Source: a virus
Taxonomy: Duplodnaviria; Caudoviricetes
Virus record (IMG/VR): IMGVR_UViG_3300007778_000024
Coordinates: 1-29,805 of that record
Reading direction: 5' to 3' (one strand)
DNA: 29,805 nt
The notes under the pieces were generated by a model that did not search any database, was not told where the DNA came from, and was given only the letters and a program-made list of their open reading frames with translations. Both the position numbers and the translations under genes were made by a program. This document shows positions 9,700 to 17,915 of this stretch, piece after piece. Numbering within the stretch: the stretch's first letter is position 1; every line of letters begins with the position of its first letter.

Positions 9700-10383
9700 C
9701 TACTCATCAGGCGCATTTTTAATGAGGGCGTTATTAGATTGAAGCGTAAGGCTTTCAGATCCAGACAAAGTTAAATGCTTAGCATGCAACGCAATACCGT
9801 CGGGTGTAATCGTCACAACTGAATCACCCAGCTTTAGCATTGCGCGCTGTGATGAGCGGTCAACTTCTAGTGTTGTGCCATAGGGGTCGAGCATCAACGT
9901 CAGACCGTGCTTGGAGTCATTGAGCACGTACGTGCCGTCTGGATACGTCGTCTCTTCACTCAAAATGTCAGGGTGCTGATTAACGGTCGTCGACTTACCT
10001 GAGTTATCACGTGTACCGTACCGGTTTGGATACTCGGACATGACATCAGGGTGCCGAGAAACCAGCTCATTCACACCGGTTAGGAACATTCCATGATAAA
10101 TCGAGTTTTGGTGGAACATCACAAGCACCGGCTCACCGATATCTGGAATGCGCTCACCTTGCACCTGCATCGGTAAGTACCACGGCAGTTTTTCAACCGT
10201 TAGATCGTTTGAGGTTTTTTCTTGATTCGTGTTCTCTTCACGCTCTGGATCGTCGAGTAGACCCGCGATCCAAACGCGAAGCCGACCCTGCATACGCGGA
10301 TCTTTGTTATCTGCCACGTAGCCAACATGTGTACCTGCGAGTGGATTATCGTTTTTCCACCACTCGGCAAATTTCATAAGCAT
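9700..10383 (-). CDS. Baseplate central spike, gp5/gpV OB-fold protein (no lysozyme domain)
   Basis: 227 aa; GYVADNKDPRMQGRLRVWI...LPW...PDIGEPVLVMF OB-fold motif, then short beta-strand repeats. Confidence 0.85.
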   Translation of the reverse strand: MLMKFAEWWKNDNPLAGTHVGYVADNKDPRMQGRLRVWIAGLLDDPEREENTNQEKTSNDLTVEKLPWYLPMQVQGERIPDIGEPVLVMFHQNSIYHGMFLTGVNELVSRHPDVMSEYPNRYGTRDNSGKSTTVNQHPDILSEETTYPDGTYVLNDSKHGLTLMLDPYGTTLEVDRSSQRAMLKLGDSVVTITPDGIALHAKHLTLSGSESLTLQSNNALIKNAPDE

Positions 10384-10395
10384 AGCGACATTCCT

Positions 10396-11577
10396 CTAGC
10401 GGCGAGAGCCTTGTGCGTCAAAGTTCGCAGAATCGCGAACTAACTCAAGGTACAGATCAAAGATACCGGTCGAAATCGTACGAATCGTCTTTTTGATGAG
10501 GTAATTACCTGAATAGAGACCCGCAACTGACGACGGCGTATCGCCGCTGTTATCCAGAAAATTCACCGTGTCGAGCACATGAAGCTCACCGACAGGGTGC
10601 CTCAGAAGCTGGCACTTGATCATAATCGTCGAGCTGAGCGCTAGGTACGTTAGATTTTCGTACTTCGTGTGCCAGTACTTGTCGTGGCAGTTATCGGAAT
10701 ACCAATGCTGAGACAGCGTACGTGATTGCGTCTCTTTGTTGCGATCAAATGCGTCCGAGTTCGAGAACGTCGGCTTGATTGCGTCAGTCTGATCGTTGTA
10801 TTCATACGAATCACGGTCACGATCCATTTCAGGAATGTCGAAGCCGTAACCCGCCCAGTGGTTTACAAACCCACTGGTAGATGTCCATTCGTAATTGCGG
10901 CGGCAGTGCAGAAAATTGCTGCTTGCATCGACATACGACGACACTGTCCAGTCTGCCTCACCTGAGAGCGCTTTTTTCGGATCAATGATACGAATCTTGT
11001 GGTTGAGCGTTAGACCCACCACGGGAAAACTGTCTTGAACATACGTGTGACGCCAGATCTCACCTAAAAACTTTTTATCAGTAATATTTGGCTGAATCCA
11101 AATCTGCTTGTGCGTTGACGCTTCAATATTAGTATCAACTTCAAAGTTACTGCGCTTAGCGACTTCAGCTAGCGCCTCTGATCCGCACATCGCATCCGTC
11201 GCTGTCATTTTCTTCTGCGTCGCGTAACCGAGCGCGTTGTATACACCCAGAATTCGCATACGTCGAACCTGCAACCCATCGCGTTTAACGATCATTTTAG
11301 AAATCACAAACTGCGCATCGAGTAAGGTTTCGCTCGACGCGTCGTTTTTCACGTTGCGGTTACCGATCTGAATGTGTAACACGTTTCCTTCGTGGAAATG
11401 CGCAATCTCTTCGTCGCTGATTAGACGCAGGTTTAACTCGAAAGTCGGCAACTGGTTGCCGCTCTCCTCAATTAGAATTAAGTCCTCGAAGTCAGCAGGA
11501 GCCAGTACGACACCGGAATCTGCACCATCTTTGAGGACTTTGATTAGCAGCGTAAACTGCCCGTCAATCTCAATCAC
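10396..11577 (-). CDS. Baseplate hub protein (gp27/gpD-like)
   Basis: 393 aa; WIQPNITDKKFL and C-terminal SGNYLIKKTIRTIS...LELVRD hub-type motifs; directly upstream of the gp5-OB gene; GTG start. Confidence 0.65.
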   Translation of the reverse strand: MIEIDGQFTLLIKVLKDGADSGVVLAPADFEDLILIEESGNQLPTFELNLRLISDEEIAHFHEGNVLHIQIGNRNVKNDASSETLLDAQFVISKMIVKRDGLQVRRMRILGVYNALGYATQKKMTATDAMCGSEALAEVAKRSNFEVDTNIEASTHKQIWIQPNITDKKFLGEIWRHTYVQDSFPVVGLTLNHKIRIIDPKKALSGEADWTVSSYVDASSNFLHCRRNYEWTSTSGFVNHWAGYGFDIPEMDRDRDSYEYNDQTDAIKPTFSNSDAFDRNKETQSRTLSQHWYSDNCHDKYWHTKYENLTYLALSSTIMIKCQLLRHPVGELHVLDTVNFLDNSGDTPSSVAGLYSGNYLIKKTIRTISTGIFDLYLELVRDSANFDAQGSRR

Positions 11578-11589
11578 ACATTGACCCTC

Positions 11590-12270
11590 TTAAGTGCCGA
11601 CACTTGAATTCGGATCGGACAACCCCGCGCTACCACCTGAACCCCCTTGCAGCGCTGCATCCATGTCTGCAAGGTCAACCATGCGGTACGGTGTCAGCGA
11701 CAAGTTCACTTCAAGATAGAGCGGTGACCCGTTCGGAACAACTTCACGAGAGAACGTCCCACTGAGCGACGTCATTATCAAACCACGCTGGTAAAACCAA
11801 TTACCGATTCGGAGATCGAGCGTGCCTTGCGGAATGTACTTAGCGTTCCCCTGTGTCTCTAGTCGCGAGACTTTATAGCCCGCAGGCGGTGTTACCATCC
11901 AGCCAGATTCAGGAACCGGCAAAACCGCTTTCATCAAATCTCGATAAACCGTTCTCACGTCAATCGACGGCTTGTAGGACACAACAGTAAAGTCGATGGG
12001 GTAACTTGGGCGAGGCGTAGCTTGCCAGTGCGCAACAGTTGACATATATGAAGTCAAAGCTGCATCGATACCTAGTTCAGCCATTGCTTTATTACCGGTC
12101 GTAAAAACACCACCGTCGTTCATTTCCCATGTCGGAGATATATTCAGGTTAAATGCGCTATTTAAAAAACCAACGGCGCTGATCCCTCCACCATTGATCT
12201 GGACGCGGTGGTCAGCGAACTTGTCGGGATTTCCCAGCAATTGATCTACAAACAGACTCACTTCTGCCAT
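11590..12270 (-). CDS. Putative tail-tube initiator/baseplate-tube junction protein (gp48/gp54-like)
   Basis: 226 aa; LDLRIGNWF...LIMTSLSGTFS...GSPLYLEVNLSLTP tube-fold pattern; follows the tape measure gene; GGAGG RBS. Confidence 0.55.
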   Translation of the reverse strand: MAEVSLFVDQLLGNPDKFADHRVQINGGGISAVGFLNSAFNLNISPTWEMNDGGVFTTGNKAMAELGIDAALTSYMSTVAHWQATPRPSYPIDFTVVSYKPSIDVRTVYRDLMKAVLPVPESGWMVTPPAGYKVSRLETQGNAKYIPQGTLDLRIGNWFYQRGLIMTSLSGTFSREVVPNGSPLYLEVNLSLTPYRMVDLADMDAALQGGSGGSAGLSDPNSSVGT

Positions 12271-12290
12271 GCTGCCACCTCCATACGCTT

Positions 12291-12317
12291 AAAAGAAAAG
12301 CGGGCATTACACCCGCT
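12291..12317 (-). terminator. Rho-independent terminator after tape measure gene
   Basis: Minus strand AGCGGGT-GTAAT-GCCCGCT followed by TTTCTTTT. Confidence 0.7.
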
Positions 12318-12320
12318 CAG

Positions 12321-15300
12321 TTAACTCAACACCTGATTGATCATGCCCAAATGGACGTCGTCGATGTAAGGATCACGTCGAATCTCTGGTTGTGCAGGTC
12401 GCGGTGCAGTCGCAACTTGTGTTTTCGATGCCCCTGAATTCGTCTGCGGAGCTATCGCCCCTCCAACTGTGTTTTGGGGGTTCAGATTTCGCGGCGGAAT
12501 TGTCTTCAGGTTTGGTGCATCAACTTTCACCACCACGGGCGGCATCTTCGTCAAGTCAATCTCGCTTTGTGCAACATTAACAAGCTCTTTAGCATCAACA
12601 CTGTCGACCGAAATACCTTCCGGTTTGACCGTTGTTGACGCCAGTTTTTGCTTCGTTACAGTGTCAACCTCTTCACTAGAATCAGACAGCATGCCTGATA
12701 CCATTTCATGCGTCTTGCGTGCGAGACTCGCGCCGTCCAGTAAACCGAACGTCAAGCCTTCCACTAAGCCGCCAAACCCTGACGCAGCGTACTGCCCCAA
12801 AGTTGGATCTTCGGTATCAAACGCAGCATCAGCGTTTGCAATCCCCATTCCCATATCAATGGCACCGGAAACCAAAGTGCCGATAAATGGAATCGCTTTA
12901 AGCGCTTTACTGCCCAACTTTAACGCACCGGTTCCAAGTGCCGACGTTGCTGCTTTTTCAGCAACCTTTGATTTAACGGCACTCGGTGCCAACGCTGTCG
13001 CCAGTGCTGCTCCGCCGACTCCGAGAGTAGTCATGTCAACAGACGATTGCAGGTCACGAACTTCGCCCTCAATTGCACGGCGATCTTCGCTTTTGCCCTG
13101 AAACGGTGATTGATTCAGCGGAACTGATTTTGACATCGGAACGGCAGGTGCAACGGCGTTACTGCCCAACTGCGCAGCGGCATTTAACGCCTCGCTGCTT
13201 TTAAGTGCAGCTTGTGGCGTCACCATTGGCACGTAAGGAATGTCGCTGTACTTTTCCATCTTCTCTAAAACAGACGGTACGTACTTTTGCGTCTCCTCAA
13301 ACGGCGGAATCGTATTGTTGTACTTACGGACATTTCCGATTCCTGCGTTATACGCTGCCAATGCCAGCTGCCAGTCACCGGTTTGATCGTACATTTGACG
13401 CAGAAACTTACCTGCATACGGAATCGCTGCGTCCGGATCAAGCGGATCGACATTTGGGTGCCATTTCGGAACAATCTGAGCTAAGCCCATTGCCCCTGCG
13501 GAGCTTTGCGCAGTCGGGTTGTAGCGAGACTCCTGCTCAATCAGCGCGCGCAACATACCTGTCGGCAAATTGTTGTCGTACTCCGCCTTCGCCGCCATGT
13601 TTTCAAATTGCTGGCGCTGAGGTGAGATACCCTCGCGTTCTGTGTACGCTTGCTGAACAGTTTGAGTCTGAGTCTGAGGTTGTGTCTGAGCCGAACTGTC
13701 ACCTTCAAGCGCAGATCGTTTACCCTCCCAGCCACTTTCCTCGTCATCAAACGCTATTTTGTACCCACCGAAACCAATCGCAGCTAGACCTGCTGCAATA
13801 ATTCCACGTTTACCCCACTTTTTCGCCTTGGAAGGGCTGCTATCTGGAGTATCGGGGGAACCTGATCGATTGTTCGGTGTATCCGTCGAGCTTGTTCGAC
13901 TGTCAGGTGCGTCAGTTGACGCTGTTCTAGGAGCCTCGTCAGGTGCGCCTCGAAGCTTCTCAGCAACGCCTGTCAGACCTACCGCATCAGCTGCCATAGC
14001 AGCACCGGCTCTTAACGCACTACCACTTCCGCCTGTCGCTGCCTTGGTGACTTTATACGCAGCAATTGACCCAAGCACGCTGGCAACAGCACCACCGCCT
14101 GTTTTGAGCAGGTCACCTGTACCGTCCATTCCCAGCGCTTTCATCACGAAGTCAAACACGCCCTCAGCTTTACCACTTTTGACAAGGCTGCTGCCTGCAT
14201 CCATTAGAGCTTGCTTTCGGCTTAGTGTCTTTTCGCTTAACCACTGCGCTCGCTGATCTGCACGAAGATTGGAGATATCCAGACGCATAAAGTCATTCGC
14301 TTCGGCTTCCGAGCGAAGAATCTGCGAAATTTCATTTAACTCACGCAGTTGTGTGTCGTTAAGACTATCTGACGTCTGAGACAGTGTGATGAGCCGCTGT
14401 AAGCGTTCATCGTTCTGATCCATGCCCGTGCGACGCACCAACACATCAGCAAACGCTTCAGCGCTAGCTAACCGATCAGACGCTTCTGCCTGCGGGTTAG
14501 TCAGCTGCTCACCGAGATCACGCAGTCGCTCTTTGAATGCGTCTGCTAGATTCTCGCGTTCATCGTTCAGACTGGTTGCAATAGAGTCCAGCAACGCTTG
14601 GTCGTGCGCTGAAATATCTTTGCCTTGGGCAATCAACTCATCCAGTCGTGCAACACGTGGATCATCTTCGGTAATCGCACCGACATCAGCCAACTGACTG
14701 ACCATTGCATGCAGTGCGGCTTGTCGAGCGGACTCTGACTGACGCGTATCTTTGAGAATGTCTTGCTGCGTATCCAGCATCGCATTTACGTCAACGTTTA
14801 AACCGCGCATCTCACGCACAACTGTCGTAATGCCGGTTGCTTCGTCAACAATCTGTTTTTCATCTCCCGCAGCGACTTGAACAGTTTTAGCAACCTCAAA
14901 CGCCTTGGTGAAGTCGCCAACAAGCTTAGACACCTGTGCAGCGTCCGCTGTGCTGATTGACTCACCATTTAGATAGCGTTCCATGATATCCGCCAACTCT
15001 GAGTTGCGGTCATCATTTAAAAGCTGATCGTGAAGCGTCTTATTCGACGCTTTTAGCGCAGTCAAACCGTCCTTGTCGCGCTTCAGTGCTTCCAATGTCG
15101 TCGTGTACATGCCAAGCATGTCACCGACAAAAAAGCGATTACGTTCAGCCTTAGAATTTGGCTGAACGCGCTCGCGCGCAGTCGTGTACCCGCGCATTGA
15201 GCTTCCAGCATCATTGGGCGTCCGCATATACAGCTGTGCTGCACCTTGTACACTATCGACTGCACTTGGCTGGCGGGATATAGACTGACCTGCACGCGTC

Positions 15301-15428
15301 ATTGAGCGTGGTTTTTGAATGCCCGCACCCGCTCCCATTGCAGATGCCTGCTGGACAAGCTGCTGTGTTTTGCGAGACTTCGGATTGATCGGATTATCTA
15401 GCGGGTTCAAATCGTCAGAAAGTTCCAT
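12321..15428 (-). CDS. Tape measure protein with internal lytic transglycosylase (SLT/GH23) domain
   Basis: About 1035 aa; ATG at 15428 with GAGGTG RBS is preferred over TTG 15440. Coiled-coil N-half and Gly/Ala hydrophobic stretches; SLT motifs ALIEQESRYNPTAQSSAGAMGLAQI and ALAAYNAGIGNV...ETQKYV at ~13250-13610. Confidence 0.85.
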   Translation of the reverse strand: MELSDDLNPLDNPINPKSRKTQQLVQQASAMGAGAGIQKPRSMTRAGQSISRQPSAVDSVQGAAQLYMRTPNDAGSSMRGYTTARERVQPNSKAERNRFFVGDMLGMYTTTLEALKRDKDGLTALKASNKTLHDQLLNDDRNSELADIMERYLNGESISTADAAQVSKLVGDFTKAFEVAKTVQVAAGDEKQIVDEATGITTVVREMRGLNVDVNAMLDTQQDILKDTRQSESARQAALHAMVSQLADVGAITEDDPRVARLDELIAQGKDISAHDQALLDSIATSLNDERENLADAFKERLRDLGEQLTNPQAEASDRLASAEAFADVLVRRTGMDQNDERLQRLITLSQTSDSLNDTQLRELNEISQILRSEAEANDFMRLDISNLRADQRAQWLSEKTLSRKQALMDAGSSLVKSGKAEGVFDFVMKALGMDGTGDLLKTGGGAVASVLGSIAAYKVTKAATGGSGSALRAGAAMAADAVGLTGVAEKLRGAPDEAPRTASTDAPDSRTSSTDTPNNRSGSPDTPDSSPSKAKKWGKRGIIAAGLAAIGFGGYKIAFDDEESGWEGKRSALEGDSSAQTQPQTQTQTVQQAYTEREGISPQRQQFENMAAKAEYDNNLPTGMLRALIEQESRYNPTAQSSAGAMGLAQIVPKWHPNVDPLDPDAAIPYAGKFLRQMYDQTGDWQLALAAYNAGIGNVRKYNNTIPPFEETQKYVPSVLEKMEKYSDIPYVPMVTPQAALKSSEALNAAAQLGSNAVAPAVPMSKSVPLNQSPFQGKSEDRRAIEGEVRDLQSSVDMTTLGVGGAALATALAPSAVKSKVAEKAATSALGTGALKLGSKALKAIPFIGTLVSGAIDMGMGIANADAAFDTEDPTLGQYAASGFGGLVEGLTFGLLDGASLARKTHEMVSGMLSDSSEEVDTVTKQKLASTTVKPEGISVDSVDAKELVNVAQSEIDLTKMPPVVVKVDAPNLKTIPPRNLNPQNTVGGAIAPQTNSGASKTQVATAPRPAQPEIRRDPYIDDVHLGMINQVLS

Positions 15429-15442
15429 GATGCACCTCAAAT

Positions 15443-15598
15443 TTATCGTGCGGCAGACTCTTCTTTGATCTGAGACAGCAAACGCTCATATAGCCAACGG
15501 ACTTCTGCAAAATCCATCGGATCTGAGAGCGGTGCTGGGGTATTGAGTTTATACGCCAAAGCGAATTCGATTTCGTACAGCGTCGTCGTTTGGACGAA
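15443..15598 (-). CDS. Frameshift extension (gpT-like) of the tail assembly chaperone
   Basis: +1 frame FVQTTTLYEIEFALAYKLNTPAPLSDPMDFAEVRWLYERLLSQIKEESAAR* fills the gap before the tape measure gene. It has no good independent start and is bounded upstream by an in-frame TAA at 15608-15610. Confidence 0.65.
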   Translation of the reverse strand, partial: FVQTTTLYEIEFALAYKLNTPAPLSDPMDFAEVRWLYERLLSQIKEESAAR

Positions 15599-16298
15599 AG
15601 GGACGGATTAAATCTTCCCTCCCTTTGAGCGTTTGATGCGTCACGTGTTTACACGTGGGGCATTCAACGTCGAGCGGCTTCACGTCGTGAAATAGATACT
15701 CATCTACCTGAGACAATAATTCGAGATCTTCACCTGTCGAGTTTTCGATCACGCTGCGCGCGGCGTCGTAGTCAAGATTAACGACCTCAGCCGCTAATAA
15801 TGCCAACTCATCATCAAGTGCATTCGCGTTTGACAGCTTCAGAAATCCGCCAATTGTGAGCGGCTTGAACTGTAACTCGGTGTCGGCTGCACCTAACGTC
15901 AATGTGACAGGTAGCGCGGGCACCTCAAGATCGCTGAATTCCAGCTGATCAGTCGTGAAAGACTTCGTGACCGATTCAAAGCAATTGCCGCACGGCAGAG
16001 TCAACGTGAACGTCGAACTACCCAGTGAGGAAAGCTTGCGCAAAAGCGCGATGAATAGGAAGTCACTTAACGTGATGTCGCTCGACTCCACGCCTTCAGT
16101 TTCGATACCACCTAAAATGACACGAAAAACTTCGGCTGGATTGCCCTGCATCTGCGAAAGCTTTTTGATTTCACCAAACGTGTACGGATAGTACCGAATC
16201 ACGGTGCCGTCTGGGTAAGGGAGAAATCGGCTGGGCAACTCGTCGACTTTTATGACGGGTAAAGAATCTCTGCTCATAATCTCAATCTCAGTGCTCAA
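15549..16298 (-). CDS. Tail/baseplate assembly chaperone with two zinc-ribbon CxxC pairs (T4 gp26/gp51-like; gpG position)
   Basis: 249 aa; LPSRFLPYP...YPYTFGEIK, ITLSDFLFIALLRK, CGNC and CPTC; lies between the tube and tape measure genes. Start is TTG 16298 or ATG 16277. Confidence 0.75.
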   Translation of the reverse strand: MSTEIEIMSRDSLPVIKVDELPSRFLPYPDGTVIRYYPYTFGEIKKLSQMQGNPAEVFRVILGGIETEGVESSDITLSDFLFIALLRKLSSLGSSTFTLTLPCGNCFESVTKSFTTDQLEFSDLEVPALPVTLTLGAADTELQFKPLTIGGFLKLSNANALDDELALLAAEVVNLDYDAARSVIENSTGEDLELLSQVDEYLFHDVKPLDVECPTCKHVTHQTLKGREDLIRPFRPNDDAVRNRIRFGV

Positions 16299-16303
16299 AA
16301 CGC

Positions 16304-16585
16304 TTATGCGTCGGTCTCAGGGGTAACGTCAGACTCGACGGGTTCAAAATTCATCGAAAGCGGTGCTGCGGTAAGAGCGGCGGCTTCGACATTGAAAACA
16401 CCGAGCATGCGCTGCTGACGCTGACGCAAATCAAGAACACGTGACTGTACAGCTTCGCGCGAGCGCACCCAGTACGCTTTGATTGGAGAGCCGCCAAAGG
16501 ATTTACCGAGCACGAGAAAGCGTGCGTTTGCATCTGTAGTCGTGAACTGACCGAAGGGGGTATCAAGAGTAATTTTGATAGACAT
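16304..16585 (-). CDS. Hypothetical protein (93 aa)
   Basis: ATG at 16585 with GAGGT RBS; fills an operon gap. Confidence 0.6.
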   Translation of the reverse strand: MSIKITLDTPFGQFTTTDANARFLVLGKSFGGSPIKAYWVRSREAVQSRVLDLRQRQQRMLGVFNVEAAALTAAPLSMNFEPVESDVTPETDA

Positions 16586-16621
16586 GTTTGACCTCAAACC
16601 GCTTGGTGCGGGAATTGTTGA

Positions 16622-17194
16622 TTAACCGGCAAATCCCGATAGAGAATCTGCTGAAAGTGCGGAAAGCTGCTGACCACTGCCGCTGTTGCTACTTTGCCCG
16701 CTCGTTGACCCACGTCCTGCAACGCGGAATGACACTGAGAACTCCAGTGCACCCGACTCCGACGAACCGGCATAACTCATGCCGCCCTCTGGAAAGACGT
16801 AAAAGACTTCAGGCTGATCGAACAGCGGATTGCGTCGACGGTCGAGTTTGACTATATGCAACTCTTTTACTGACGCGGATAGATAGTTGACGTACTGCCC
16901 ACCCATGAAAATGGTGTTATCCACCCAACCTCGCATCCAGCTTTGAAGCGAATGGCTTTCGTCATCCAAAAAGGTCAACGTAATGGACTTAGATGCAGAC
17001 GCGCGGGGAAAATCGAACGTCGTCAGACCTGCTTCAAAACTGTGTGCGTTTACCGTTAGAAGCTCTTGCTCTACCGCCGTCGCTGGAAACCAGTTGTGGA
17101 AGGGAGATGGCGCACCTAAAAATCGAACGTCCCACAAATAAGAGGTCGCCCACTCGACATTGCGAACTTGTGTAATGTTATTGAGAAACGCCAC
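16622..17194 (-). CDS. Second tail-tube-family protein (tube paralogue)
   Basis: 190 aa; GTG start with GGAGG. ITQVRNVEWATSYLWDVRF...SITLTFLDDE...WMRGW...LHIVKLD parallels the tube protein ITQIRHSVDFAQNHRWDLRF...TITFSFVED...IRSW...IQIIRLN. Confidence 0.7.
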   Translation of the reverse strand: MAFLNNITQVRNVEWATSYLWDVRFLGAPSPFHNWFPATAVEQELLTVNAHSFEAGLTTFDFPRASASKSITLTFLDDESHSLQSWMRGWVDNTIFMGGQYVNYLSASVKELHIVKLDRRRNPLFDQPEVFYVFPEGGMSYAGSSESGALEFSVSFRVAGRGSTSGQSSNSGSGQQLSALSADSLSGFAG

Positions 17195-17220
17195 GATGCC
17201 AACCTCCGAGGATTAACTTC

Positions 17221-17314
17221 TCTTTAAAATCTTTATCGACGTATTGACTTGCAAAACGCACATAAAATCTCTATAATTCATAGAGATACTGGGAATTTTT
17301 AAAGATTTTAAAGA
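17221..17314. repeat. 15-bp perfect inverted repeat enclosing an 8-bp inverted repeat
   Basis: TCTTTAAAATCTTTA (17221-17235) / TAAAGATTTTAAAGA (17300-17314); inner ATCTCTAT (17267-17274) / ATAGAGAT (17280-17287). Confidence 0.85.
17249..17277 (+). promoter_or_regulatory. Putative sigma70-type promoter, antisense to the tail operon
   Basis: TTGCAA-17 bp-TATAAT in an AT-rich intergenic region. Confidence 0.45.
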
Positions 17315-17329
17315 AGAGTCAATTGACTG

Positions 17330-17369
17330 AAAAAAGAGAGAGACACCTACGGCGCGAACGCCGTAGGTG
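17330..17369 (-). terminator. Rho-independent terminator after major tail tube gene
   Basis: 11-bp stem CACCTACGGCG-TTCG-CGCCGTAGGTG (UUCG loop), then TCTCTCTCTTTTTT. Confidence 0.8.
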
Positions 17370-17386
17370 CGAGTATCAAAGACGGA

Positions 17387-17905
17387 TTAAACTGCGCCGT
17401 CAGTGAAGTAGTTGTAACTCAGCGTCATTTCTGGACGAATCAGATCACCACCTTCACCTGTGAGATCACCTGCGGTGTAGCTCTCAAGGAAGCAGTCTGA
17501 CAGTTCATACTGCCAAATCGGTTCATCTTGGTTATTCAGACGAATGATCTGGATAGTCGCAACCAACTCGTTGAAAGGACGAGAGATACCGGTTTTGCTT
17601 TCCCAGATCGCTTCACGCCATGAACGAATCACGTTAGATACCGTGTTGCTCACGTCTTCAACGAAGCTGAATGTGATTGTGTGGTCGCTGTCGGTTACAC
17701 CCGCTACGCGAATGTGGTGACCGCGAATATTCACATCGATTGGAGTCTGCGTCTTGACGGGAACAGTTGAACTTACACAACGAAAGTTCAAAGATTCGGA
17801 GTCAGCCGCGACTGCCGTAGGGAATCGTGTGAAACGAAGATCCCAACGGTGATTCTGCGCAAAGTCGACAGAGTGACGAATTTGCGTGATTTGTGGTCTA
17901 GCCAT
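17387..17905 (-). CDS. Major tail tube protein (T4 gp19-like)
   Basis: 172 aa immediately after the sheath gene; AAGGAG RBS; tube-type C-terminus YELSDCFLESYTAGDL...EMTLSYNYF. Confidence 0.85.
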   Translation of the reverse strand: MARPQITQIRHSVDFAQNHRWDLRFTRFPTAVAADSESLNFRCVSSTVPVKTQTPIDVNIRGHHIRVAGVTDSDHTITFSFVEDVSNTVSNVIRSWREAIWESKTGISRPFNELVATIQIIRLNNQDEPIWQYELSDCFLESYTAGDLTGEGGDLIRPEMTLSYNYFTDGAV

Positions 17906-17915
17906 GATCTACTCC

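Noticed and set aside
12469-14697. Several plus-strand ORFs of 90-210 aa
   Set aside because: Antisense to the tape measure gene, with the low-information composition typical of shadow frames.
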